A stretch of DNA of 64,000 nt from Rhizodiscina lignyota (Eukaryota). The DNA is taken from contig ML978121.1 of assembly GCA_010015805.1 (NCBI GenBank), positions 434,001-498,000 on the forward strand. The letters are read 5' to 3'. The first letter of the stretch is position 1; every line of letters starts with the position of its first letter. Of the stretch, positions 51,764-64,000 are shown in pieces. The notes beneath the pieces are model-generated. The model saw only the letters and a list, made by a program, of their open reading frames with translations, was not told the DNA's origin and made no database searches. The position numbers and the translations under genes were made by a program.

Positions 51764-54193
51764 TGAGCTCTCTGAGGAACGCGGCGGGATAGGGTGTGCT
51801 GTCCAGCCTCGATGCTTTCTGTTACTGTTGCTTTCTTTTAATTCTTTCCCCAGCTTCCCCATTGCCCCACCCCCACACTGTGCACTCGTTTTCCTGTCCC
51901 CTCGTTCGAAGCATAGTGTGTTTCTGCCTCCCTTTCCTCAACACAACTGCATATTTCCACTGGCGTTATGTCCTCATTTCCCTTTTCCTTTGTCTTTGCT
52001 CATTTCAAGCGATACAACCCCTCTCCATCCGAAGCGAATAGAATCTCGAAAAAAATTCTCCCTCGTACTCCGTACGTGTATGTAAACCTTGTTAGCTGTC
52101 TTGTTGTCTTTCTGTCACCCCCAGTATTGCGAGTGCCTTCGTCGTGGCGATGGTAAAGCGTTACTGCTTGCTTTTGGAATACAAACCGCTGCGCGAGTTG
52201 GCGACGAGCGGATTGGTTTTTGGTGGGTTGGGTTGAGGGATGGTGGTGAGTTGGTAGAAGAATGGAAGATGTCCCTCGTTCAACTGAGTGTTGCATGTCT
52301 TTGTGCGTTGAGAAGTTGCAAAGTGCGTCGTGATTGTCTTCCAACGTTCCTTGATGAACGCCGTTTGTCCAATGAAATTGTATTCAATATTACTGGATGC
52401 TCTACAGCGGATCTGGACCTTTCCAGTTCTGGCTACAAAGGTCGCATTTATTTGGTTCTTCTCTGATGTCATTCTTCAATTCTTTTCCCTCTTCCACTCA
52501 ATAAGCTCTTGCGGTCCGCCATCTTCACTCCATCGACAACCAGCCTCGTCCCTCAAACAACCAACCATTTCCATCGAACAATTGACCTCTTCCTAACAAT
52601 ACCATCAATATGGCGTCGATTACCATAGCCCCCGGTCCAGTTTGCACATTCGGCAGCACCGATTCACTCTCAGCGCAAGCGACAGTCGGATTTTCCGCAG
52701 GAAATCCAAAGGACTTCGGAATTCCCGCACATTCCACGAAGAGCAAGATCACAAAACTGCACACCCATCGTCAAATCCGAACAAGACGGACAAGTGTGCA
52801 GAGATAGGAGGTGGAACCATCGCATGCTTCACCGAATCGGCGGCATCTCATATTTTACGCCCCTTGTGAAAGCAAGCTTCTAGACGTACATGCGACTACG
52901 AATCGACGTCAATCAAATGCTCGGACCTACCCAACAGCGCATTTCCCATAGCCCCGCGACAATTTCGTATGTCTCAAATGCCGCTGCCGTCTTGCCCTTC
53001 GACCTGTTCACGTTCACCGTTGCACGACTGTGGGTGTTTACACGGTCGCGGCGGCCGTGACAACATTTTCGATAACTGCCTGGACCTCGACCTCTGTTAT
53101 CAGAAACTGCTCGTGGAACCCAGCAGTGCCACTTCGGCTTAAGCGAAGAGCTCGTTGAGCAGGAGTTCCCGCAGATCAAGTGGGAACGAGGTAGGCAGAA
53201 GGGGGCGTCGGTCGAGGGTGACAAAAGGCTCTTGCCGCAGGGTGAGTATGTATATATATACACGCGGAGAACGAATATCTTTTTAAACATGTTGCACATC
53301 ATCTACCACGCAGGTAGGATGCCAATTCCTTGTAAAGCCCGCGAAGCGTGGGCGGTTAACCGCCGCCCCGAAGTGGTCACAAAGTTGTGTTCATTGAAGA
53401 AGCGCAATCTCAATAAACACTGGCTAAGGTATGTTGTGCTAAGCCTTCATTAATGCTCTCGCCCGGGCTCAAGAGTCAACCTGGGTTGTACTGCAATTTC
53501 TTTACATCTACGGAGTATTGAGGTTAACAATCTCGAGGGTGCCGAACCAGTTGGCCCCAAGATTAAGACACCGAGCAGCTAGGGTGTATATACTCCGAGC
53601 AATATAGAATTAAACTTTCAGACACAGTTTCGTTGGCCGTGGAGAGCAAGAGCCGCTCGCCCTTGGATGTTACAGCCTACCTGACGACCATGTGTCTCGT
53701 CGCTCTCCGGCCTTACATTTGCAAATGTCTTTAATAGTCTGCTGCAGTAACATATACTCCAAAGAACGTAGAACTAAGCTTCCAGAGATGTTCTCGCTTA
53801 CCGTGCAGTGTAAGAGCTACAAACTCTTACGCGTTTCAGTGTGCCTAGAGAGCACAGTATTTCATGCATCTACCATACTCGAGGTTGTTTCTATCTTAGC
53901 AATTATAGCATGTTATTCAACGGCATATCTATAATGTAGGCATCGCGTTGGTATTCAACCGAAACGCTAAATTTGCTACTGCATAACGTACAAATGGGAC
54001 ATCGGTACGCATTTGACCTTGCTAGAGGTGAGATAGAAAAGTGACGTCCGCTTCCTTCTCAGTAAAACGCCCACCACGCCGCGCTGCCTGGTGTACAGTC
54101 GCATTCTTCCAACCCTCACGAACGCACTTCTGGCTATCTGCACAAGGCCCTGGGGACTCTTATATGAGTCCTGATAGTTAACACCATCCTGCC

Positions 54194-56856
54194 TTAATTA
54201 GCATTCGCGCTCCCAGGTACTCCTCTCGGCTCATCTCCACCTCCAGCCCCTCCTGGGGCTGTTGGTGGTATTCCGAGAGGTAACGGTACATCAGGAATCT
54301 TGATCGGCACGTTCGGTGCAGCTGTTATCTTCTTCTCTGGGAGCTTTTCGCCTCTAACAACCTTCTCCATCTCCTCCTTGTTTAACGATTCGTACTCCAC
54401 CAACGCGTTTGCGAGCATATCAAGCTCTTTCCGCTTCGATGCAAGCAGTTTCATCACGCGGCTCTTTCCTTCGTCCAATATTCTCTTCACCTCTCGGTCA
54501 ATCTCCCCTTTGGTATCCGTGGATAGCATTTCGTAATTCGAATTCAAGTCCACGTCGCCCAATGTCTCGCTCATGCCCATCTGTGTGACCATTGAATACG
54601 CGATCTGAGTGGCCTTTTGGATGTCGCTGCTTGCGCCAGTGGTGACGCTGTCACGACCGTAGACGAGCTCTTCTGCAACTTTGCCGCCCATACAGACGTC
54701 TATGCTTGCCAAAAGCTCCCTCTTTGCGATGCTGACTTTGTCCATTTCAGGCAGTTGGAAGGTGATACCCAGAGCATGACCTCTCGGCATGATCGTTGCC
54801 TTGTACAGTGGATCAGAGTGCTTGGTGAACATGGCAACGAGCGCATGACCACCCTCATGGTACGCGGTCATGACCTTATCTTTCTGCTGAATGATGGCGC
54901 TACGGCGTTCAGCTCCCATCATGACACGATCTTTAGCCCACTCGAAATCCGTCATTGACACTTTAGTGGCTTTGTTCTTTGACGCATGCACCGCAGCTTG
55001 GTTGACGATATTTTCCAGCTCTGCACCGGAGCAGCCAGGCGTCCCGCGGGCAATTACGGCCGTGTCAACGTCGTTACCGATCTGGATCTTCCGCATGTGA
55101 TGATTCAGAATCGAGACGCGGCCACGAACATCGGGAAGTGGGACAACGACATTACGATCGAAGCGACCAGGACGAGTCAACGCTTTGTCGAGAAGTTGAG
55201 GAAAGTTGGTCGCTGCCAGGAAAATGACGCCGGAGTTCTGGTCGAAGCCATCTAAATCGGTGAGCAGTTGGTTCAATGTCTGTTTAACGTAAGCAGCGTC
55301 GCGGGCGTTTCGCTTGCCACCAATGGCGTCCAATTCGTCAATGAAGACGATCGAGGGTGCTTTGGCCTTTGCAGCATTGAAAAGCTCTCGAACACGCTTG
55401 GCACCGACTCCCACGTAGACTTCGTCAAACTCGGATCCCGACATGTAGAAGAATGGCACACCAGCTTCTCCGGCGACGGCTCTAGCCAGGAGGGTCTTGC
55501 CTGTGCCGGGAGGACCAACAAGTAGCACTCCCTTTGGAAGTCGGCCACCGAGTGTAGAGAATTTGTCCGGTGCCTTGAGAAATTCGACCAGTTCCTGAAG
55601 CTCTTCCTTCGCCTCGTCGCATCCATGGACGTCGGAGAATCGAGTGGTCTGCTTTTCTGGTCTTGCCTCTGCATTTTGCGTACCGCCAACCTTCTTCAGC
55701 ATACCACTCGCCTCGATGAGTAGAGTAATGAAGACATAGAAAGACCAGGTGATGAAGGCAAACCACAAGATGAACTTCATCCACTTAAACAAACCCTGGC
55801 CGAGAGACTCCTCGACCACGACGTAAAGCGGACTTTCCTTTATACCAGAACCGCTACGGGCGGTTGCCGTACTTGCGCCCCTCACACGCGCTGCGACAGC
55901 TTGTCCAATTGCATTGCGTTGTTCAGGGCTGAGGGTGCTATTCTGGTTTGCAGCTTCCTGCACTCCAGCACCAGTGACTTGTCCTGTCTCGTGCCCACCT
56001 AGTCGTTCAACTGCTCGAATGTACATCTGCTCGCATGCTGTATTCGACGCAAATCGTCCACTTTCATATCTTTGGGCAACGATATCAGGGCGATTCGCAC
56101 GCAGGCAGGCAGAGTAAAACGCATTCTGAGCAGATGCACTTTGGGGATTGTTGTTTGCGGTTTGCTCGATATGGGCGAGGTAATGCGGCGGCGGGTTCCC
56201 TCCGAACAAAGTGCGACGCTGTTCGATATTCAGACGCACGCGATCAGGAATACGCCCCAGTTTGAGAGGTCCAATGTTATTTATGGTCGAATACAGGCGC
56301 GAACTTTGTCGCGCGAGGAATGGAGATCTTATAATGGGAACGAGCTGTCGCAACTGATTCCGAGGAACTATGAAACGTTAGGACCATATAACAGAAGCTC
56401 AAATGTATTCCATACCTGATGCAAGGAGCCCGACAGTCGAGGGGGCATCTCGGAAGGTAGTGAGACCGAATGCTGGCCTCAACATGGAGGGAGAGACGGC
56501 GGCAAAACAGTCTGGTAGCGGAGGATAGGATTTGGACTAGAACATATCAGTATAACTCCTTAAAAGTATCCATCTCCTTCTCAGCCTGAACATACCTCTT
56601 CGACGGAAGGGTTGGTTTCATCCGGCTGTCGCGCCACCCGAGAGCTTGACCGTGATGTGGAAGGCTGAGACTGTCGAAATACTGCTCGCCAAGGTGAAGC
56701 GAAAGCGGAAGACATAGAAGGGAACAATTCAGAAGAGGCCGAGACTAAATTCTATTTGTGACCAGTCAGCACTTCGCCGCTCGAAAAGTTGCGTGACCGA
56801 AGTCGGGTGGCGGATAATCGACATACCTGAATTCCAAGGGGCGCCTGCAGCGCCAT
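54194..56856 (-). CDS. YME1: Mitochondrial i-AAA protease Yme1 (FtsH family); three small 5' exons plus a large exon
   Basis: Walker [32 protein letters not shown] zincin motif and TTGASSD; 5' exons [23 protein letters not shown]. Confidence 0.95.
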
Positions 56857-57661
56857 GGTTGCTAATGGCCGATTGCTAGGCGCTTCAAGTAGAACAAAAC
56901 ATGGTAAAGGTATGAAGCAAGTGCAGAAAGAGCGGCGGAGGGGAGTCGTAGGAGGCTCGCGATGGCCTCCAGATGTCAACGCCAAGACCGGGATAGACGT
57001 CGGTCGAACGACAACGACTTTCCTACGGGCCGGAGTTTGGCCGGGATCTGATGATCACGAGATGCCGCCAAGACTTTTTGGCGCGCTATCGTCCAGCTTA
57101 CTTTGACATCCGCTTTCCCATCAGCATCGCATTGCAAAGCCCAAAGATGGCATACAATCTGGTTGTCAATCAGAGATGATAAGAACGAGAATTCATTCCT
57201 AGTACATGATGCAACTATAGCACCGTCACTGTGGCAGGTACCCTGAGTCCACGTTTCGCGTAGATTTCGTGCAGTTTTGAGTTTCGTCCGTTTTATGTCC
57301 CATTTCCAATTTAACCAAGTTTTCGATTGATCACTCGCTCTTCCGCAGCAATCTGACCCTTTTGCATTGAATGTTTCCATCGTCTCAGAAGCCTCCTACA
57401 CACTTTGTGGACTTAATGTTGAGTGTCTGTCGAAGCGGCCAGGTTTGAAACCAATATAGCTAACCATAAATGGTAAAGTTCTTTCGGGACGAGCCGACTT
57501 GGCATCTTATCAATGTCCCGCAGTCGACGATTTTCTGCCATTTTAAAACCAGCATCACGACTCAACGATCTCCGCGTCTCTCAGACCTCGCCTCGCCTAT
57601 ATGACTCCTAGTACTCTCAGAAACCTCTCCCCCGAACAATAACCTCACTTCCCGCGCCGGC

Positions 57662-59005
57662 ATGCCTCCATCCATCTGTGCGGTCTGCCACGCCAACCGC
57701 GCAGTAATTCTTCGTCCCAAGAATCATGCAAAGCTTTGCAAGCTTTGTTTCATCCAAACTTTTGAAGATGAAATTCACGACACTATTCTCTCCAATAAAC
57801 TCTTCTCCCACGGAGAAAGAATTGCAATCGGGGCATCTGGAGGGAAAGACAGCACCGTGCTTGCATCGGTCCTGAAGACTCTCAATGAGCGGCACAATTA
57901 TGGAGCGGAGCTTCTGCTGCTCTCTATCGACGAAGGAATTAAAGGATACCGGGATGACAGCCTGGAGACTGTGAAGCGAAATGCGGAACAATACGACATG
58001 CCTTTAACCATAGTCGGCTACGACGAGCTCTATGGCTGGACTATGGATCAAGTGGTGGAACAAGTGGGCAAAAAAGGGAATTGCACGTACTGCGGGGTCT
58101 TTCGGCGTCAAGCATTAGACCGAGGTGCGGCAATGCTGGGTGTAAAGCATGTGGTCACAGGACACAATGCGGATGATGTTGCAGAGACGGTATTGATGAA
58201 CTGTGAGTCCTATATGAAATGGATATCATGATATCGGCGCTGCAGAAGGTTCGAGATATGTCATACGGGAGATTTACTGACGTTTCTAGTGTTGCGCGGG
58301 GACCTCCCAAGACTGTCTCGCGCAACATCAATCATCACCTCCACACCTTCCGCCTCCGACTCCGAATTAACAAACATACGCCGTTCGAAACCCCTAAAGT
58401 ACGCCTATGAAAAAGAGATTGTACTGTACGCGCATCACAAGAAACTCGATTACTTCTCCACCGAGTGTATCTACTCGCCTGAAGCCTTCCGCGGCTCCGC
58501 TCGGGCTCTGATCAAGAACTTGGAGCGGATAAGGCCCAGTGCGATCCTCGACATTGTTCGGAGTGGAGAAGACATGGCGAAATTAGTTCCTGGGGCAACA
58601 AATGACTCCTGCGGAGGAAATTGTGCTACTGGAGGAGCGTTGGCTGTGACAGGAGAAGAAGAAGGTGAAGGTGGTTGTGGAAGTACCGGCGGAAGGACTG
58701 CTGGTGGCGATATGGCGCAGATGGAAAGCCAATTGAGGAACAACGAGGCTGCAGAAGCTGCAGGGTTGGAAATGGAAGTTCCTTCGCGTGCACCTGCTGC
58801 CGAGGGACGCAATGGATCAAGCGAAAACCGGAAACAATTACCTTTTAGGAGGGAGAAGAACGCTCCAAAACAACAGACGATGGGCAAATGCGAACGCTGC
58901 GGTTACCTCTCCAGCCAAGCGATTTGCAAAGCTTGTATGCTTCTGGAAGGATTGAACAAGAGCAGGCCGCGGACATCGATTGTTGGGGTTGACGCAATGC
59001 GTTGA
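57662..59005 (+). CDS. NCS6: Cytoplasmic tRNA 2-thiolation protein 1; intron 58203-58289
   Basis: PP-loop [29 protein letters not shown] and C-terminal [16 protein letters not shown]. Confidence 0.96.
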
Positions 59006-59854
59006 AAGATGTAATCCCAAAATCGGATTGACCGGCAAACTGTTTTGCACTTTAAGCCTGCCAGCTTGTCGAGGCAGCGCTGTCTTCATGGGATTGAATT
59101 GAATTAATGCGCATCTTGGACGAGCGGAAGATTCTGGTTCAAGCACCAAAAGAAGAACTCAAGCGTCAGAGACAGTGGGATCGCGTGAGACTCAACATAC
59201 TGAAGCTTCAATTCTAACCCATTAATGGGAAGACAGGGGGACAAAGTTGAGAGTTTTAGGCAACAGACCTCAGTCAAACAACCACCAGGGTTTGCAACTC
59301 GATGGTACCGTATGCGGCGTTAGCGTGCGGATAATAGATCCTCACCTTTCCCATTCTGTTCCTTCAGCATTCATAAGCGTATAAGGCCACCTCTAATAGC
59401 ATCTCTTTTCCGCGATAACGAGAAGCAAATCTTCTACAAGGCAGCCTAGTAAGTTACTCCCTAACAGCCTCGAACGTACACTTACTAATATATAGAAGCT
59501 TCTTAGAAGTACTGAAGGCGACTGTAATAGAGTGGCCCATAGACTGTTCACTCGCGGGAAACCAGCCCCTTCGTAGCTCGCTGCCACCGCTCCAGCGCTC
59601 TTTCAGTTACTACAACCCCCGGCAGTTCCTTGTCAGGTTATAATCACATTTTTCTTCATTTCAATGAAGATCACCTCTATTTAGGTACCAAGTGCACTTG
59701 TATTCAAACTATCCGACTGTCAATTTAAAACAAGAACCTTAAAACGGGCGATCGAGAAGAGCAATCAAAACGAGCGACTAAAACGAGCGACTGAGATATC
59801 CGATCCATTTCACTTTCGTCCAAATTATTCAAGTTCCATCAAATAATATTTATT

Positions 59855-60403
59855 TTAGAATGGATTTGGGTCACCGGCGCAGTTGCAGAAAGCAAGCTGC
59901 ATTGTGAATCTATGCCATCGGCTATTAGCTCAAGGACAGCCTATCACGTTGTCCGTGTACGACTCACCCGTTGAAGCTGAAGGACCCGCCATCAAAGCTG
60001 CCAAAGCAGTCGTCAATGATATTGTCGAAAGCAGGGCCACACTCGGAGCCCGTTGGAGGGCCGGTGACGAGAACAGAGGATTGAAGTTCCTGTTGCGGTG
60101 GTGGGTTTGCGATGTTGGCTTGGTTCGCACAGAAATTGTTCTTGAGGTCCTCACTATTTACCGGCTTGTTAGTGATATATATCTTTCCACAAAATTGAGT
60201 TGCAGGAAGATATGGGTTGAGGGGAATCGTCATCTTTCTTTCCTATGTCTTTCAAAGTATCGACAAGTAAAACGCCGAGGGCTGAGTACATACAGCTGAG
60301 GAACAGTAGCGCATGATGTGCAGCCACGCTGTCCGAAGCAAGTTGCTGCCATAGCAAGAGGAGCCGAGAGGCTGAGGACAGAGAGAAGAGAAATGAGCTG
60401 CAT
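59855..60403 (-). CDS. Small secreted cysteine-rich protein (~116 aa, 8 Cys); 3 exons
   Basis: Signal peptide MQLISLLSVLSLSAPLAMA. GTATGT and GTGAGT donors with CTAAC/CTAAT branch sites give TCFGQRGCTSC...NFCA...CGPAFDNIIDDCFG..GG...FCNC. Confidence 0.85.
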
Positions 60404-62366
60404 GTTGTGTTTGAATGAGGTGTACCGCTGGGAGTGGATATTGAAGGTGATGCAGATGAAGAGGTGACAGCGCGGCCCTTTATACCTCACCCAGCACTCA
60501 TTTATTCTAGTATTTCCTCAGGCAGGAGTTATCTGACTCTCTTCTCGTCCGTGGCCACCTCCCGATTCTCATCGAATTCAAATTCCAGCCTTGCACAGGA
60601 TCCAAGACACCCGGACTTGCCGGATCGGCATAGCGTGCCTGCGGACTTGAACGAACCAAGTCGATGTCTAAGAGAAAGTGGATACTATTTAGAGTATAAA
60701 GCTGGTATGTGGACTTCGCCTTACGTGAGTCTAGATCAATTACACTCTCCTTGCTCTTTAGAGGTGGAAGTAACGGAGCATTTTCTCACCTTGCAACTTG
60801 TCAAAGCTTAATCAAGGTAAGCTTAGAAAGATATGAAGGGGCAATGCGTCTATATCGACATCAAAATAGCTTGGCGCATAGATGCTCTATCAGCATGTAC
60901 AATTTGTACTAAATTGTGAGCCGGCGTCGGTTGCTGTACTGCCGGGAACTCGTCAACGATCACAGTATCCAGATTCTGGTTGTACAAGAACATGTCTTAG
61001 CACGAAAACCTACAATTAATACACGATAGAATTCAAATTCAGGGGTATTTACGGAGAACACTGTACATTTCGGAGCAAATGGCATTGCCCTAAAAGTCAC
61101 CGCTACTCCTCAGGCAAAATAGACATCTCCCTCTATGGTTTGAATGTCCGAGTGTTGCTCTAACGTAGATCTATTGGTCATATGAAGGGCGTGCAGCGTT
61201 TAGGGCAGTGGCAGTTGTTCCCAAAGGTACGGTCCAAGATCAGGAAAGCTGCCGAAAGGTTGGGGTGCGGTTATCAATCCCCAAATCAGCTTTCGCGCGA
61301 GAGTCGGAGAAATTTAATCTTCCATAGTGCATCCATACCCCGGAACGGCGTTTCGTTCCACGGAAACTGGTGCATAGCCACCTATTATAGTACCGGATCC
61401 CTATTTTAATGCGGAGATTCGGAGTAAGGGTGGCGGACCAATGTTGAGAGAGTACCACCGGTCTGTAAGGCCCAGGTATGGTAGAAATGGGAAATAGTAT
61501 CCATGGAGAACCCTAGGAATTTGTCAAAAAATACGCAAGTGTACTATTCTATATGATTTAGTGAACATAATTATATAAAGGTTCTCTCTGATCCATGTGC
61601 TTGTGCTGATATTTCGGTCCACAGCAACCCAGTATCCCAATGTCGCTCCATCAGGGCGTGACAGAGAGGGGTATGATAGATTCTACAATTGCCCTTCGGC
61701 CCTTCGGAGGCAACGATAACGGAGACTGCCACGATTTGAGCAAGCTGACAAACGAATTCTGGAGCACTGTGGTAGTTCGGCAGGGACAAGGAGGGCTGCG
61801 ATCCTAAGTCCGCATGTAAATGTTAGTGTCATCAAAACTTCTAAGAAGAGTTTGAGCTGAGCACTGTGACCTTGCCACCGTTCAGGTCATCGAGCGCGTG
61901 GACAGCTTCCTCATGGATAGTAACATCAACCACACCGCAAGTACTTATGAGATGACCTGATATTCATCCCAGGAAGTTTGTGGCAGGCCAATGTTGCTTC
62001 AAGAAAGGGAGCTTGTTGACAAGGAGAGCAAAGGGGGGCCATTAGAGTTTGTAAACAGCATGGCGGTGGGCGGAGTAATCGACATTAAGAGCTGAAATCA
62101 CCTAGAGAGGTAAGCAATGAGAGACCAGAAGATTCGGAATTCGCTCACTGGGCCGAATGCTCCGATTGATGGACATTGCACCCTGTGTCATGGTCCTGAA
62201 CGAATCGAAAACATCCAGCTCTTGAATCTGACTCCATATTCTGGGCTCGAAATTGGTGGTATTATAAGATTTCCACCTGATAGGTCCATCTCTTAGCTTA
62301 TCAACACTTACACATGTCGCTTCGAACGCATAAAGGAAACTGGATGAAACTTCCAATGTACTACCC

Positions 62367-63919
62367 CTAATCGTCATCTTCGTCGTCGTCATCGTCTTTC
62401 TTCTTCTCTTTCTGTTCACCTTTTCTTCTCCGCTCCTTCTTTAGGGCCCTCTTCACCTTATCATCAACTTCGTCTTTGCTCTCGTCCCATTCTACATCGT
62501 ACTCTGTCAAGAATGTTAGTCTAGACGGCTCGAGACTAAGAGAAGCAAGTGTCCTTACCTTGAGCTACGGCTTTGATCTCTCTCCTTAGAGCGTTACCTT
62601 CTTCAACCAGCGCCTCCCACCTCGCCAAATCGAAGCCTTTCTGATCGTACAGCTTACTCTGCCTCCGAGAGATTGTAAAGTTCATCGCACTCCTGTACGA
62701 GACTTCCCGGTTGTGGTAAAGGAACCAAACATAACCCCCTATTAACGTCGACAATCCGACCAGGTACGTTACAGGCTCCATAACGTCCCATCCAAGGTCT
62801 GTCTCGAACGTCAATCTGTATACCAGATACCACCAGCCGCAGAGTCCGACGAAGCCACCCATAGCTACTCTTTGCGCGCCCTTTCGTGCGAGCAGGTCGC
62901 ACTCCCGCTTCAAGTCCGCCATCTGAGATATCTGCTCACTCTTTTTCCGTAGCCGCATGCGCAGATAGTACGTCCGGTCATTGAAGCTCGGTACACCAAC
63001 TCGAATATCGGTTGGCGCTCCTTCAATCTCCACCCCGAACTCCTGACCACGAGCCGCATCGCGGATAAAATCGCCTATTTCAGTGGACGAAGACCACCGC
63101 ACAAATTTGCGCTCCCCAGAATCGTCAGAATCGTCAGCTTCGTGGCCCAATCCGCTGTAAGATTCGACACCGCCTTCGCCCGGTCCGCCGCGCATGACCG
63201 CCGCCTCTTCCGATTGTGAGTTCAGCTTTCCTGTCCTGACGTGTTTCCCCTCAATGACTTCTGCATCTGCGTCCTCACGCAGATCGCTATCCTCATTCTG
63301 TTCGTCATTCTCGTCTTCTTCCGCCGTCGTTCGTTTCGGCTCCAGGCTGTCTTGCGTACTGTCTTCTGCGCGGAAGTAGACATGGGGTATACGTTCTTTA
63401 TCGCCATCTTGTATCATGGGTAATTCCGATTGTATGAGACGCTCGAGGTAGGATAGAGGCTGTTGTGGGTGGACGAGGAGGGCAAGAGGCTCGACATTTT
63501 TCCGGTCTTGGTTGTGATCGCGCGTTGTGAGTGGGAGGATGAGCTTCAGCATTCGTGAGGGTGTGGTGAGAAGTTTTCCTATATCTCGTCAGTTATGATG
63601 GGAAAAATAGTCTTACTCGAAGCACAGTACCCCTCGTCATTGCGCCAGCTGATCGTTCTCGAGCGACCGGTGGTGCCTCTGAGCCTGCTCTGTGCCATGG
63701 TGTCCTTATTTGTCTCTCCTTCCCTTCCTCCGCTATCCGTCTGTCATAATCCAACTTTTCCTCCTCCGAAACATCGTGATTAAGCTTCTCGGCAGGAGCT
63801 GCATAGGAGCTGTCGGACGCGTGAGGCTTAGACGAGGTAATAATAGTTCGAAAGATATGACCAGTGGCTGGTTTACTGGTAGATACTCGTGAGATTCCAA
63901 GGAGTATTTGCGACCTCAT
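62367..63919 (-). CDS. MCU: Mitochondrial calcium uniporter; 3 exons
   Basis: Pore motif WDVMEPVTY between two TM helices; HPQQPLSYLERLIQ and WSSSTEIGDFIRDAARG; presequence-like N-terminus. Confidence 0.95.
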
Positions 63920-64000
63920 CGTGCCATGGAGCGAGAGTTTTGACGCGATTTAATAGGCAAAGACAGCAAGAACTGAAAGAAAAGTTCATGAAAGTTCATG

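Noticed and set aside
59767..59792. 13-bp tandem duplication AAAACGAGCGACT x2
   Set aside because: Simple local slippage; not an array.

Overview
Eukaryotic genomic DNA from a filamentous ascomycete (Pezizomycotina): genes have short GT-AG introns with CTRAY branch sites, and a Woronin-body hexA gene is present. The first ~20 kb is accessory-like. It holds a TAP-like peptidase, a GMC oxidoreductase and an unknown membrane protein. It also holds a decaying sugar/polyol cluster (transporter pseudogene, Zn-dehydrogenase, Gfo/Idh/MocA), a hAT-type MITE with 8-bp TSD, a composite repeat relic and a WW + CorA-like gene. From ~20 kb on it is mostly core genes: EEP nuclease, hexA, SLC1, bimA/CDC27, SND2, katG, OSGIN-like flavoprotein, catalase, CTI6-like PHD protein, Ibd2-like protein, YME1, NCS6 and MCU. 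Two small accessory pockets interrupt this (two BTB genes plus a hydrolase; an 8-Cys secreted protein). Top findings: (1) hexA has a spliced, stop-free 253-codon N-terminal extension with no AUG in any frame and a CUG in optimal context, so it is a candidate non-AUG long isoform. (2) katG, an OSGIN-like gene and a catalase form an oxidative-stress trio with Yap1-type sites and a chained AUGA uORF leader. (3) A WW-domain mini-ORF below the ORF-track cutoff is joined by an AUGA overlap to a CorA-like gene. (4) A BTB gene carries a single in-frame TAG. Protein family calls come from motifs recognised by eye; no database searches were run.
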